From Octopus vulgaris (lineage: Eukaryota): DNA of 64,000 bases. Positions within the stretch are counted from its first letter, which is position 1; each line of letters begins with the position of its first letter. The position numbers and the translations under genes were made by a program. The DNA lies in contig OX597833.1 in assembly GCA_951406725.2 (NCBI GenBank), forward strand, positions 28,520,001 to 28,584,000, read 5' to 3'. Below, piece by piece: positions 24,660-37,303 of this stretch. The notes beneath the pieces are model-generated. The model saw nothing but the letters and a program-made list of their open reading frames with translations. It was not told the DNA's origin and did not search any database.

Positions 24660-25400
24660 GTATTTCATTTAAATTGTTGGAAGTTGACAACTGCAGATGA
24701 GACATGTACAAAGAAGGCATTCCTAAAAGCCAACCTTCTGTGAAGGACAGAATAGTAATAAGTGTAGGACTTCAGGTGTTGGACACAACAAAGATGATGA
24801 AATGAGTGACAAGAAGTCCAAGAATGCCTGAGAGGAAGTAGAATAAGTCTAGCCACCTCTAATCGGCAGAAGTCATTATAGTGGTGGTAAAAAAAAGGCA
24901 GAGATTGCATGCCTATAGATCAAACATAGGAATGTGTCCATGAGTGATTTTATGATGAATTGTCACGTGACTCTTTTCGGATGTGATCTAGTATCTCTGT
25001 GTGTGCAGCTGTTAGGGGGAGCTCAGTAAGTTTTTCAGTATTCAATTACTTCATGAGATCAAAGCGTGAAAGTTTTCAATAGAGTTGAGGAAAATATCCA
25101 GGTAAAGAGGCTTTTTCAGGACCACTCATTTCTCTCCTAAATAGAATTTGTACATTTTGCTGCTGTTGAAATACAGCCTGCATTTTTCAGTCAATATCCA
25201 GTTGATACTGTACTTTTATTAAAAGCCATATGTGCCTGGCTAGTATTATGAAGTTTTAGCTATTCTGGACCCTAAACAAAGACTTGTGGTTGTTCAGGAT
25301 CGATCTTGAAAGAGTTTTCAGTCTCTCCGACATTCTGTTGCACTTGTTCTATCACTCCCACATACCAATACACTTCCTGTGGGAGTGCTTGAATAAAACC
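24660..25400 (-). mobile_element. Highly degraded CR1/Jockey-group LINE 3' fragment
   Basis: SLPFFYHHYNDFCRLEVARLILLPLRHS...AVVNFQQFK resembles the C-terminus of these LINE ORF2 proteins. Confidence 0.45.
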
Positions 25401-27339
25401 CCTATTTCATATCAACAATCTCTGTATTACATAGTCATTATTTCTGCATGAGCAACTTGTCTCAGAACTAATTTTGCAACAATTAACTAAAATCTGTTTT
25501 ACGCACACATGTAAAATGACTCTCACTTCTGAGACAGTAAAATGTGATTTGAAGGAGTTTTGCTGCTCTTTCGAATTGGTTGATAACCACATAAAGGCTT
25601 CTTCATTGCTGTTGTCAAGGTGAACATCCAACTGTTCTGATAAACTAGTTGGATGTTGTGAATTCCTAAGCATTTCAGCTGCCAGGTAAACATGCTTAAC
25701 CCAAAACTGCTGCTTTATCAATAAGATCAGCTTCAGGAAGTCATGTTTTTGACAAAAGACAGTCATATATATATATATTGATAAAAATGGTAAGACAGCA
25801 AAAGAATGAAAGAGACCTCGATATTATGTAAATAGAGGAATTTATCTGTAAATGTAATATGTGACAATTATTCAGTAGCTGGAGTTTTATCATGGATACC
25901 AAATAATTGTCACATATTACATTTACAGATATATATATATATATATCTGTAAATGTAATATGTGACAATTATTCGGTATCCATGATCATTGAGAAATAGT
26001 CACTCATTCTAGTCTCAACACATACCTGCACAATAGATACAAGAACATTCAGAAACCTTTGTGGAGCAGATACTGACATCAGATGGACTAGATACACTAA
26101 TTTAGTCTCATTGTCTATGTTTTAAAACTATGATGTGAATGCTTCTCCATTTCTGGTAGAAGAAACACATGCTTAGTGACCATCATGGTCACTGCATCTT
26201 CTCAGCTTTTGTCTACATCATTATGATTAAGTTTAGCCAAATTATTTTCCTAGAGAAAAACCCTCTCATTCGTTCTAGCTAACTGTTACCTCTTCATATC
26301 ACCCAAGTTTTACAAGCCAATAGGATAATATTTATGTGGTTGCTTGACCAGGATGAAATAGCAACCAAATCTTTTAAATCATATCTTAGTGTTTGGAAAA
26401 GAGACTACTTCAGTGTACATATGGAAAGGCTTGAATGCCTTTGAACATAGGTTTTCTTTGTCAGTGCCACTCTGAGGTTAGACACAGTAACAACAGCAAC
26501 AGTAACACCATTTTAAATGTATTACATCAAATTTCGAAGTGGATGGCTCTATGAAAGAGACATGAATCTCGTAAGTAAACATAAGTAAACTTCCTGAGTT
26601 CTCTTTTATTCTGGAAACTTTTATAATGTATCCAACATCTTTTAGTAAAAGCTCGAACAACAACATCCATGCAACCACAACACAACTATATTTCCACTGA
26701 CTGAAAGCAAAAATCATGTAGTGCCAGATAATAAGTTCACCACAAACCACAACCATGTCCTTAAACATCTTCCCATCCAATCCACCATGACGCAAACCCA
26801 CAACTACAATCTTTCATGTGGTACCCACAGAACGATGGTGAAAGAGTTAGTAGGGTCTGCGATGTGAAGGCTCGTTTTTTGGCTCCTTTACGTAGGGATT
26901 CAGAGAGGGAGTGGGATGGTGGGAAACTCGAAACTAGTATTTGACAGATACTTGTATTAATCAACCCTGAAGTGATAATTGGCAAAGTTGACATTAGCGG
27001 GATTCAAATTCAGATCACAGGGTAGGAACATACACTGTAACTCTGCCTTTCACCACTACACTAAACCAATTCAGCACCCATTAAGTCAAAATATTACACT
27101 ACCATCACCTATTTCTACAACTACCATTAACCACCACTACTATTACTTCTACTATCTGAAATAAAGTAGAGACAGTCACAGCTATAATGCCTTTGATTAT
27201 AGGCCAGACTCAATGGGGTCTTAATAATTAATACTAAGATCAACAAAACTGTAACAGCAGTACTAAATATACACACACTATTACCACCACCAACACCACT
27301 GAAAACATGAACAAGGAACCAACAATGAAACTTCTACCT

Positions 27340-27900
27340 ATTCACTTGGCCTGTTAGACATAAATACCATTAGACCTTATTTTCTTAAAAGGGAAGGACA
27401 CATTAGGCAATGTAGTCATAGACATCAAAGTCAGGATGATTACAGTTGAAGTGCCTTTGATCATACATCTGCTAGATTATAGCTGGTCTGGGGCTAAACT
27501 ACAACCACAAGAAGCAGAGAGGGCTTCTTTGTAGATGCTTGACTAGAAACAGCCACCAAATCGCTTTCATATGAACTACCATCTTAAAAAAAGAGCAAGT
27601 TGAGATAATATAAACAGACCATAATTGTAATTTTTTTTTAATGGGCAGGATGGTCATGGCTGGTTTACTTTTTTGATCATAAGCTTGCTCAATCAGGGTG
27701 CACTTGTGCTAAACAAGGAGCCTTTACGTGGTCACTCAAATTGCTTGAAACAGCAGTCAAATATCCTTAAATTCACACCTTAATGTTAAAAGTGTTTTCA
27801 GTTCTATTTACATTGGCTGAAAAAAAGCGAAATGGTCATGAATGAAATGTCTTTCAATCACAGACCTGCTTGACCGGGACTGACTTGGAACTAAACAACA
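27340..27900 (+). repeat. Three tandem degraded copies of a short interspersed repeat (gaaatagcagccaaat...ggatggtcac.gctgg...tttgatcat...ggggctaaac)
   Basis: Same unit also at ~1475, 7110-7820, 8905, 23965 (minus), 26340 and 27170. Confidence 0.6.
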
Positions 27901-28497
27901 ATAAACTCATTAAGGTGATAACTGATTACAATTAGTATTTCCTACCTTTATATGAAGATAGATAGCCAGTTAGCAACAACACCTGAACAGGTTTCTACCA
28001 GTCGCACCTTTGTTCTTTAAAAAAACCACTAACAGTGTAATAATATATGACTGCTATGGGATGTTTTACTAAACAAAACGATGAAAGATCACCATATTGA
28101 TTACTCTTGACATAACAGGAACCAACACATTAACTACCTTTCCACAATAGTTTGTCTTCAAGCTTGGGAAATATGGAAATATCTGAGGTTGCTGTCCATT
28201 GTACTTGCTTTCTTTCATGGGATGCATGTTATTGTATTACAGCTGAGAAATTATAGCAGTAAGTTAGGAACCAAGAGTCACTGATGTAACTTTGCAGTTG
28301 TAGTCATTCATTCATATCTACGGTTATCTGTCTGTTTCCATGATATAAAGATTACCTTTATATATATATATATATATATATATACAAAAGAAAAATTATA
28401 AGGCCAAATATGCCGAAAAAAAGACAAAAATTGTCAATAACCATTATAATTTATGCGTCTCGAAACAAACCGATAGAAATTTCTAAAAAATCCGTTA

Positions 28498-28558
28498 TTA
28501 CCGTATTGGTCCCAATTTTGGGGTTAATTCATAAGAATTTTCCCCTCTTCAGCGATAA
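28498..28558 (-). ncRNA. Type-I hammerhead motif with GAAA decayed to AAAA
   Basis: ttatcg-CTGAAGA-gggg...aattc/gaatt...cccc-aAAA-ttgg.ga.ccaa-TA-cggtaa; all three stems pair. Confidence 0.7.
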
Positions 28559-28789
28559 ATACGGGGGATATTAGTGAAATACTTACTCATACCCATGGAA
28601 AAATTCAAGCACTAAGTACCCCAAATATATCCAAAATAGAAAAACTTTGGCACATCTCGAGACACGTGTGATTCGAACTAGAAACTTTCACAGAGTGAGA
28701 GAATCCGGAAGTGAACACTATTCAATTTATAACTAATGTAGGATAAAAAATTTTTCGGGAAAATATATATATATATATATATATATATA

Positions 28790-28947
28790 CTTTATTTAAA
28801 GCAGCAGAAAATTCAACAAAATCTGTTACTCTGAGTTTCTCGTTGCCGTTCATCAGACAGTTTTTGCTAGCAAAAACTGTCTGATGAACGACAACGAGAA
28901 ACTCAGAGTAATAGATTTTGCTGAATTTTCTGCTGCTTTAAATAAAG
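28790..28947. ncRNA. 158-bp palindrome with one hammerhead motif per arm on opposite strands
   Basis: Centre gctagc 28866-28871; ctgt-CTGATGA-acg(g/a)caacga-GAAA-ctc.a.gag-TA-a(c/t)ag in each arm. Confidence 0.75.
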
Positions 28948-29077
28948 CATATTACTCTACCACTGGTATTTGAGTACTCTTTTTCCACCTTGTTTCACAT
29001 TTATGTGTTTACTCCGGTATATATATATATATATATATATATAAATGAATAAGTAACAACAGATAGATGACGTGTCA

Positions 29078-29163
29078 ATTCACTACAGCTGTTTCCAACA
29101 AAATTTTAATTTATGAATGGAGACATTACTTCATTAGAAAAAAAACGTTTTTATCAGGTGAAT
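29078..29163 (-). ncRNA. Type-I hammerhead motif (core CUGAUAA) within inverted repeat 29047-29302
   Basis: attcac-CTGATAA-long stem/loop II-GAAA-cagctg-TA-gtgaat; perfect 6-bp stem I. Confidence 0.65.
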
Positions 29164-29639
29164 ACATGAACCATAACATTTAAAAACATTCAAAATCCAA
29201 CTAGTTTTTTTTTCTAATGATGTAATGTCTTTATTAATCAATTAAAAATTTGTTGGAAACAGTTGTAGTGAATTGACACATCATCCATCTGTTGTTAGTT
29301 ATTATATTATTATATATGTTTTGTAGTTTTAATTTTGGTTAAGAAATGAAACAATTGTAGATGAAGATGTTAATTAATTACTTAATTTGACCCATTAGAT
29401 CTCTCCATTTTCAAACTTAATAATATTTGATATTTTATATAATATATTCATTGAAGAAATATCTCTTCAAAATACAATATATTGAACCAGTGTATCTCTT
29501 ATTAGAATCTTGAATAAAAATATCCCTATAAGAGGTCTAAATATCTTCATAGTGATCATACACACACACACACATATATATATATCAGTCTTCCTACCAT
29601 CAGTTCAGTAATCAGAGAAAGAACATATTCTTTTCTTTT

Positions 29640-29860
29640 ATTTGTTTACTCATTTCAGTCATTTGACTGCGGCCATGCTGGAGCACCGCCTTTAGTCAAG
29701 CAAATTGACTCCAGGGCTTATTCTTTGTAAGCCTAGTACTTATTGTGTTGGTCTCTTTTGCCGAACCCCTAAGTTATGGGGACATAAACACACCAGCATC
29801 AGTTGTCAAACGATGTTGGGGGGACAAATACAGACACACAAACACACACACACACATATA
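29640..29860 (-). mobile_element. SINE A, 3' half
   Basis: tttcagtcatttgactgcggccatgctggagcaccgcc... Confidence 0.8.
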
Positions 29861-29969
29861 TATATGAGGACATTTCTAGAAAAACAAGGATGAAATAGCC
29901 AATAATCTCATTCTCTTGAAATCCACACATGAACATACAAATATTGGCTGACTAAAAAGAGCTTATGAA

Positions 29970-30215
29970 GCAAGGCACCACATAAAAAGTATTGGTGTGG
30001 GTGCTGGCACCATGGGAAAAGCACTGGTGATGGTGCCACATAAAAAGCACCAGTACACTCTGTAAAGTGGTTAGCATTAGGAAGGTATCCAGCAATAGAA
30101 ATCAAGCCAAAACTCTGTGTGACCTGATGTGGGGCCCTGGCCTTGCCAGTTACTGTCAAGTCATCCAGCCCATGCCAGCATGGAAAACGGACATTAAACA
30201 TTGATGATCATGATA
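29970..30215 (+). mobile_element. Old RTE 3' UTR/SINE copy
   Basis: gtgccacataaaaagcacc repeats, cattaggaaggtatccagc, ccatgccagcatggaaaacggacattaaa + (tga)n. Confidence 0.75.
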
Positions 30216-30589
30216 TTGATCAACTTGTAAAATACCCAGTGTCTTCTATGAGGATGTGAAGACTATTAAAGATCAGAACATCTGATATGGAAGAATTGCA
30301 TTGGTTCAGGAAAGTTACCAAAGTGAGAGAGAGAGTAGTAACCTTGTTTGAAACAGTCATTTTAAAACGTCCTTGACATCTGGTATAAAATGAAAGTGAC
30401 GTAGCAGACAACCATATCCTATAGATTGAATGGAAAACAAAACAGTTTTCACTATATGCAATACTTTCAGTCAAGTTTGTTCTACTTTTGAACAAAATCT
30501 GCCAAAATTATCTGCATCTTTACTACTGCAAGCCAACCAGCCATGCTTCATAGGCATGTTACCAGAACAGTTATGAATTGAAATTAAAT

Positions 30590-30870
30590 CAATATGACCA
30601 ACACCTCTAAGTCTAACTATATATGCAATGAAATACTGAATCATTATATCACATATGTTAATTTTCCCAATTAATCATGGCTTTCTAATGTTACTCTACA
30701 TTCCAGTTTTAAGTTTTTTGTTAATACAAATTCAAATGCAGTCATATACAATATACTGACTATTTTTTTGAATTTCAATTTACTGTCATCAAAGAATATA
30801 TTCTTACTTACTGATGTTTCCTTACAATTTTTAACATCACCAATATCTACCATCTACATGAGTCTGCCTT
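30590..30870 (-). pseudogene. Fossil N-terminal half of a Merlin (IS1595/ISXO2-like) transposase
   Basis: With frameshifts: DGRYWxC..NCKETSVSKNIFFDDSKLKFKKIVSILY..FE...LECRV...AMINWEN..CDIMIQYF....LRGVGHI, matching the pattern DGxxWRC/SIRxGSFFxxSKL/DWxNFxRDxC/IGGxGxxVEIDE. Confidence 0.6.
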
Positions 30871-31489
30871 GGTCCATTAATTTCATCAGTACATGTATCA
30901 TATACTCACTGTGAAAACAAACAAACTGAATGTCTTCAAAACATATTATGTATGGTATTAATGCATACAAAAATCCAATAAAATAGTTATGAACTCAGCT
31001 TAATTAATCTTAGTAGTTATTTTTGTAAAATGCTTATATTTGTATACTGTATGCATGGATACATACATGCATACATACATACATATATATAGACAAATGC
31101 ATATAGAAATGCTGATCACTTAAGGTGGATGGAACATGTGGAAGAAGAAGACAAGGGACAAAGTATTGAAGGCCATTCTCAAGACACTAAGCCTTACAAA
31201 GGACCAAGATATCTGGTGCCTTGTTGTACTCAAGAAGACTTGTCCACTACAGCAGAATTGATACTGGTGCTGATGCCATGTATAAAGCATTGGTGATAGT
31301 AAAAAGAAGGAATGTAGGTAGTATGATAGTAGTAGGGTGTTAAATGGTCAAGTGACCTAAAAGTGGTTTGTTATGGATTATAGCAGTGATTGGGACTGTT
31401 TTTTAATGAATTCTTTGGAATCTCTTGAGTGCATCATTTTTAATATTTACATGTGTTTGTGTTATTCTAAGGCCGTGGTGGATATGTTG

Positions 31490-31616
31490 TTCGTAGACAC
31501 GTTCAAAAGGGGTCTGTATTTTGTAATAAAGAGAGTCTCTTTATAAATTCGTTGGCTACAGGTTGTATTGTCCTTGAATTGGTAGAGGGGGAAAATTCTG
31601 AAGCTTGGATTTTTGT

Positions 31617-31620
<4 letters not shown>
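31490..31620 (-). mobile_element. PLE GIY-YIG C-terminal fragment abutting (TA)n
   Basis: NPSFRIFPLYQF.....QRIYKETLFITKYRPLLN. Confidence 0.6.
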
Positions 31621-31664
<44 letters not shown>

Positions 31665-33159
31665 CATATATACACACACATGTGCATATATGGCTACAGG
31701 ACATCACCAACAGTAAACAACATGAAATATGAAAACAAATGAGTTCAATACACAAACAATGAGAGAAACAAATGGAAAACAGGACAAGTAACATAAAGAA
31801 TGATCTTTCATCAGTTGCCAGCTGTCTATCTACTCCTCATTTCTATCATTGAACGACAATATGAGTCTTCAAAGACAGTTACTCCCATAAGTACCAAAAT
31901 AAATTTGAGATTTATGGAGGGTCAAAGTTGGGAACAAAAACAGGACAATGGAGACATACAAGGAAACCAAACAAAAACAAACATAGAGAGTCGTTAGACC
32001 AGAACGAGGATAAAATAGCAAACGCTGGAGAAATATTTTCTTTGACAAGAGAAAAGATAGAAGAGAGAGATAGGATACATCCAGTCCTTAGGACAGTCCT
32101 GAAGAAAAAGAAAGATGATTACATGAGGAAAAGAAAGATGGATGATGGTCACGTGTTAATAGCAAATATTCTGCTGAATACCACAGATTCACTTGTCAAT
32201 TGCTTGACCTTAAGCACTTGAGCATGTCCCCTTGTGGCTGACAATATGTGCATCTCTGATCATGAGCAGGAGTAGTGGGGGAGCATCATAGCCATGTGTT
32301 GGGAGAGATTCTTTAGGATTTGAATAAATGTAACAAAAGCAAAGTTTGAAAGAAATATTAGCCATTTTTCATAGTTTCTAGGGGTGAGCAAATAGAAATA
32401 ATAGTTGCTACCCAAGGACAAAAATTATGGAATACTGTTTACACACGGATCTGTACTAGGTTTTTTAAGCTTCCATTTACCAATTCCTCTCACAAGGCAT
32501 TGCTCAGCCTGAGACTATACCAAAACACAATTGCCCTAATGCTATGCTGTGGGATTGAACCAGGAACCACATGGTTTTAAAATAAATTTCATAACCACAC
32601 ACCTGTGTCTGAGCTTCACAAACACATAAACACGCAAACATATAATTGTATAATTATATAGAAACAACATTCCTGTTAGACTTATACATTTATTTGTATG
32701 ACTGGGTTCTAGTTTTCATTTGTTTATCATGTTTTTTTCAATATACTTTCTAGAGTCCCTAAATGCATTGTCAATGTTTCCAGATCTTCATAGTGTTATC
32801 AATATTTATTAGGTGTAGGGAATAAGTTGATTACATCAACCCTAGTGTTCAAGTGGTACTTACTTTATCAAGTCTGAAAAGATAAAACACAAAGTCGACC
32901 TTAGTGGAATTTGAACTCAGAACATAAAGACAGACGAAATGCCACAAAGTATTTTGCCCTATGTGCTAATGATTCTGCCAGCTCTTTACCTTGCAATGAA
33001 GTAATACTGATTTCAAATTTTGGCACAGGACCAGCAAGTTTGGGGAAGGAGTTAAGTCAATTACATCAATCCCAGTTTTCAACAGGTACTTATTTTATTG
33101 ACCCCAAAAGGATGAAAGGCAAAGTTGACGAAATACCACTAAGCATTTTGCACAGTATA

Positions 33160-33548
33160 GGCGCAGGAGTGGCTGTGTGGTAAGTAACTTGCTTACCAAC
33201 CACATGGTTCTGGGTTCATTTCCACTGATTGGCACCTTGGGCAAGTGTCTTCTACTATAGCCTCAGGCCGACCAAAGCCTTGTGAGTGGATTTGGTAGTC
33301 GGAAACTGAAAGAAGCCCATCGTATATATGTATGTGTGTGTATATGTTTGTGTGTCTGTGTTTGTCCTCCCAATATCACTTGACAACCGATGGCGGTGTG
33401 TTTACATCCCCGTAACTTAGCGGTTCGGCAAAAGAGACCAATAGAATAAGTACTAGGCTTCCAAAGAATAAGTCCTGGGGTTGATTTGCTTAACAAAAGG
33501 TGGTGCTCCAGCATGGCTGCAGTCAAATGACTGAAACAAGTAAAAGAG
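33160..33548 (+). mobile_element. Full-length SINE A
   Basis: ggcgcaggagtggctgtgtggtaag head through gactgaaacaagtaaaagag tail. Confidence 0.9.
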
Positions 33549-33921
33549 TATGCTAATGATTCTACCAGCTCGTTGCCTATCAATGAAACAATATTAGTGT
33601 GTGTTGCTGTTTCTTTATAGCAGGCAGAGTAATTGTGATTGGCCTTGACTACAATAAAGACTATAAAAATATATAAGATTTACTGCCTGAATTTGAATTT
33701 TGACCACCAGATTTATATGTCTTCAGCCAGGTGTTTGTTTCTATTTGTGGTTGTGTGTGTTGTTTGTGTGTTTATTTTAGCATTGTGTTGTACTATGAGC
33801 ATTGTTCCTACTATTAATCATTCAGTTTTGCAAGGAATTCTATACAGGATAATAGTGTTCATCAATAATGTTGGCTTTTCTAGTTTTGTTTTAGGTCATG
33901 CTGTAAATGCATGGTGGACCA

Positions 33922-34255
33922 GGGGGAGTGTATCACATGGCTTAGTGGTTTGGGCATTCGGCTCACATTCATAAGGTCTTCAGTTCAATTCCAGGCAGTA
34001 CATTGTCTCTTTGAGAAAGGCACTTTATTTCATATTGCTCCAGTCCATTTAGCTGGCAAAAATGAGTAATATCTGTATTCCAAAGGGCCAGCTTTGTCAC
34101 CCTCTGTGCCATGCTGGATCTCCCTGAGAACTGCTATATTAAGGGTATGTATGTCTGTGGAGTGCTCAGCCACATGCACACAAATTTCACAAGCAGGCTG
34201 TTCCGTTGATCGGATCAACAAAAATCCTTATCATTCTAACCAATGGAGTGTCAGT
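33922..34255 (+). mobile_element. tRNA-derived CORE-type SINE family C
   Basis: A box tggcttagtgg, B box agttcaattcc, CORE-like tgtctctttgagaaaggcacttt; relative on the minus strand at ~52760-52930. Confidence 0.7.
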
Positions 34256-34389
34256 ATCATATGTGTCTAGCCAATATAAAAGTTGGAGTTTAACTGGCTT
34301 TCTTTCATGCTCATGATCTAATTCAATCTAATTTAAAAATCACATCAGTCATTAGTAGTTTGTTCTTGAATTTACACACATATGGTTTG

Positions 34390-34780
34390 TTACTCTTTAC
34401 TCTTTTACTTGTTTCAGTCATTTAACTGTGGCCATGCTGGAGCACCACCTTTAGTCAAGCAAATCGACCCCTGGACATATTCCTTCTAAGCCTAGTACTT
34501 ATTCTACTGATCTTTTTTGCTGAACCACTAAGTTACGGAGACGTAAACACACCAACATCGGTTGTCAAGTGATGTTCGGGGGGACAAACACAGACACACA
34601 AACACACACATACATATATACGACGGGCTTCTTTCAGTTTCCATCTGCCAAATCCACTCACAAGGCTTTGGTCTGCCCGAGGCTATAGTAGAAGACATTT
34701 GCCCAAGGTGCCACGCAGTGGGACTGAACCCGGAACCATGAATTTGGTAAGCAAGCTACTTACCACACAGCCACTCCTGT
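34390..34780 (-). mobile_element. Full-length SINE A
   Basis: Reverse complement of the 33160-33548 family. Confidence 0.9.
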
Positions 34781-35176
34781 TATTGATAAAAAATATTTTA
34801 AATTTTAGTGTTTTCGCCATATTTATCTATATTTGCCATATTTATGCTTTGTGCAAGGCTTTTCTGTTCTGTTTAATGAAGTTTTAATAACGTGTTCATC
34901 TAGCTTATGATTGATCTTCCTTTTTAATTTGTTATCTATTACTTGTTTCAGTCTGAAGACTGAAACATGCTGGGACTCTGACTCAAAAAATTTTAGTCAA
35001 ATGGATTAACCCTAGTACTTACTTTTGTTTTAAGCCTGGTACTTATTCAATTGGTCTCTTTTTGATGAACTGCTAAGTTATAAGAATGTAAACACACCAA
35101 CACTGGTTATCAAGCAGTGGTGACAGGTCAAACACACATATGCACATATATATACATGTATATATATACACACACA

Positions 35177-36417
35177 CACATGTTAGAAGTAAATAGACAC
35201 CCCATAAAACATCGTTTTCTGTTTATTTTATCTTGTAAAGGTTTATATTTCTTATTAATTGACATTTTTATGTTTCAGATTCAATATGTGACTGTTTAAT
35301 CATGCCACATACAAAAGAAGCCTTGGAACTGTCTGAATTTCAAAGAGGCCGTATTGTGAGTCATTCTGAAGGTGGATATAGTCAGCATAAAATCGCAGAA
35401 AACCTTGGGATCCCACTTTCTACAGTTAATAGAGTGATTGTGCAATTCACCAGAGAAGGGAAGGAGTCCACATCACCTTGTCCAGATCAACCAGGGCCCT
35501 CTGACAGAACCCTTCTCTTTGCTAAGAGAAGTGTGGAGGATAATCCTTGTTGCAAGACCTCTGACATAACAGAGCAAGTTGATGTCAGTCCCAGAACAGC
35601 TGTCAGGTATCTCCACAAACTTGGTTATTATGGCATAGCAGGAAGAAGGAAGCCACATCTTTGACCAGCCAATATAAAGCGGAGAAAAGATTTAGCCAGT
35701 GAGATGGTGGAAAGGCCATTAGCATTTTGGGACACTGTTATATTCTCTGATGAATCCAGATTTGCTGTATTTCCTAACAGTGGTTGAGTGTGGGTCTGAA
35801 GACACTGTGATCAAGAATTTGATGTGAAAAGATTGCAGCCAGCAATGAAACACAGCAGCTATTCTATGATGGTCTGGGGAACAATTTGGAGCAATGGTTG
35901 ATCAGAGCTGGTGGGGTGTGAGGGAAAGATAAACTCAAATAAATATGCGTCCATATTGCAGGAAGTCCAAACTTCTCCAGTGGTGAAATGATTAAAGAAG
36001 ACTCTCTATTTATGGAAGATGGCATTCCTTGTCACACGATTAAAATGACCCAAGATTTGTTGGAAAAGAATAGCATTAGAAAGCTTCCATGGCCCAGCCA
36101 GCCACCAGATATGAACCCTATAGAACACCTCTGGGGCATAATGGTCAGGACATTACATAAACAGAACAAGGAAGCATCTTCAAAGCCAGATCTTTTGAGA
36201 TTATTGTATGAAACTTAGCAAGAAATTCCACAAGAGAATATTCACCATCTGATCAGTGACATGCCTAATAGGACCCTTGCATTGAAAAATGCAAAGAGCA
36301 TGTCTACTAAATATCAAATGTTCACATTATAGCACCTAACAAATAATATAAATGTATAATTTCAGATTTAAATAAATTTTAATGATTATAAGGGTGTCTA
36401 TTTACTTCTTTAATGTG
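35177..36417 (+). mobile_element. Near full-length Tc1-family transposon with pseudogenised transposase (35302-~36320), inserted in a SINE A microsatellite
   Basis: TIR agaagtaaatagacaccc / gggtgtctatttacttct; [40 protein letters not shown]. Confidence 0.9.
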
Positions 36418-37117
36418 TATGTGTGTATGTATATGTATATATATATAACTGTAAGATCCAGGGATTGAGGTGTAGGAAGAAAGTAAATCTGTAGTAAATA
36501 TAAAAAACAACTTTCAGGGACAATAGTGGTTTATTGAGACTGAAGGTTGTGGATTATTTTCGTATTGAAGTACGATAAACTGAAAAAAGTTCTTTTTATA
36601 TTTCACAGGAGGTGATCAGGGTTACATATATATAAGAAAACAAGGTGACAAAGGAATAAATGTATTCCTTTGTTGTTGTCTTATTTTCTTCTTACTACTA
36701 TGTACTCGACTAATGCTTCATTCTGAAACATATGTATGTTGAGTTCTACACTAGGATATTAGGCTTGAAATGCTTCAGTGAAATATATATACAATTAGCT
36801 TCTTTCAGTTTCCATCTACCAAATCCACTCACAAGGCTTTGGTTGGTCCAAGGCTATAGTAGAAAACATATGCCCAAGGTACCATGCAGTGAGACTGAAT
36901 CTAGAACCATATAGTTGGGAAGCAAACTTCATACCACACACACCCACACCCTTGTCTAGTCATTTTACTCAACTTATACAATCTATGTGTAATTTGTGTA
37001 TTTCTGTAGGTGTGATGGTTACTGCATTGTTGCTATATATTAGTGGATATAGTGTTTTATGGCTCAATTTATTATTTTGTCAGAACACTCATTGTTATTT
37101 AGTGTTTACTTAAGTAT

Positions 37118-37303
37118 TTGTTGTATTTAGGGATGGTCATGTTGATGGTTTAGCCAATAAAACACACACACTCTATATTTGGTGTTAATTTGCTTCAGCT
37201 TTATTTTATTTTTTAGATTTAATGTAAAAAAAATAACACCAAATGTATAGTGCATGTGTTTTATTGGCTAAACTGGCAACATGACCATCCCTAAATACAA
37301 CAA
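37118..37303. mobile_element. MITE with ~70-bp TIRs
   Basis: ttgttgtatttagggatggtcatgttg... / ...caacatgaccatccctaaatacaacaa. Confidence 0.75.
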
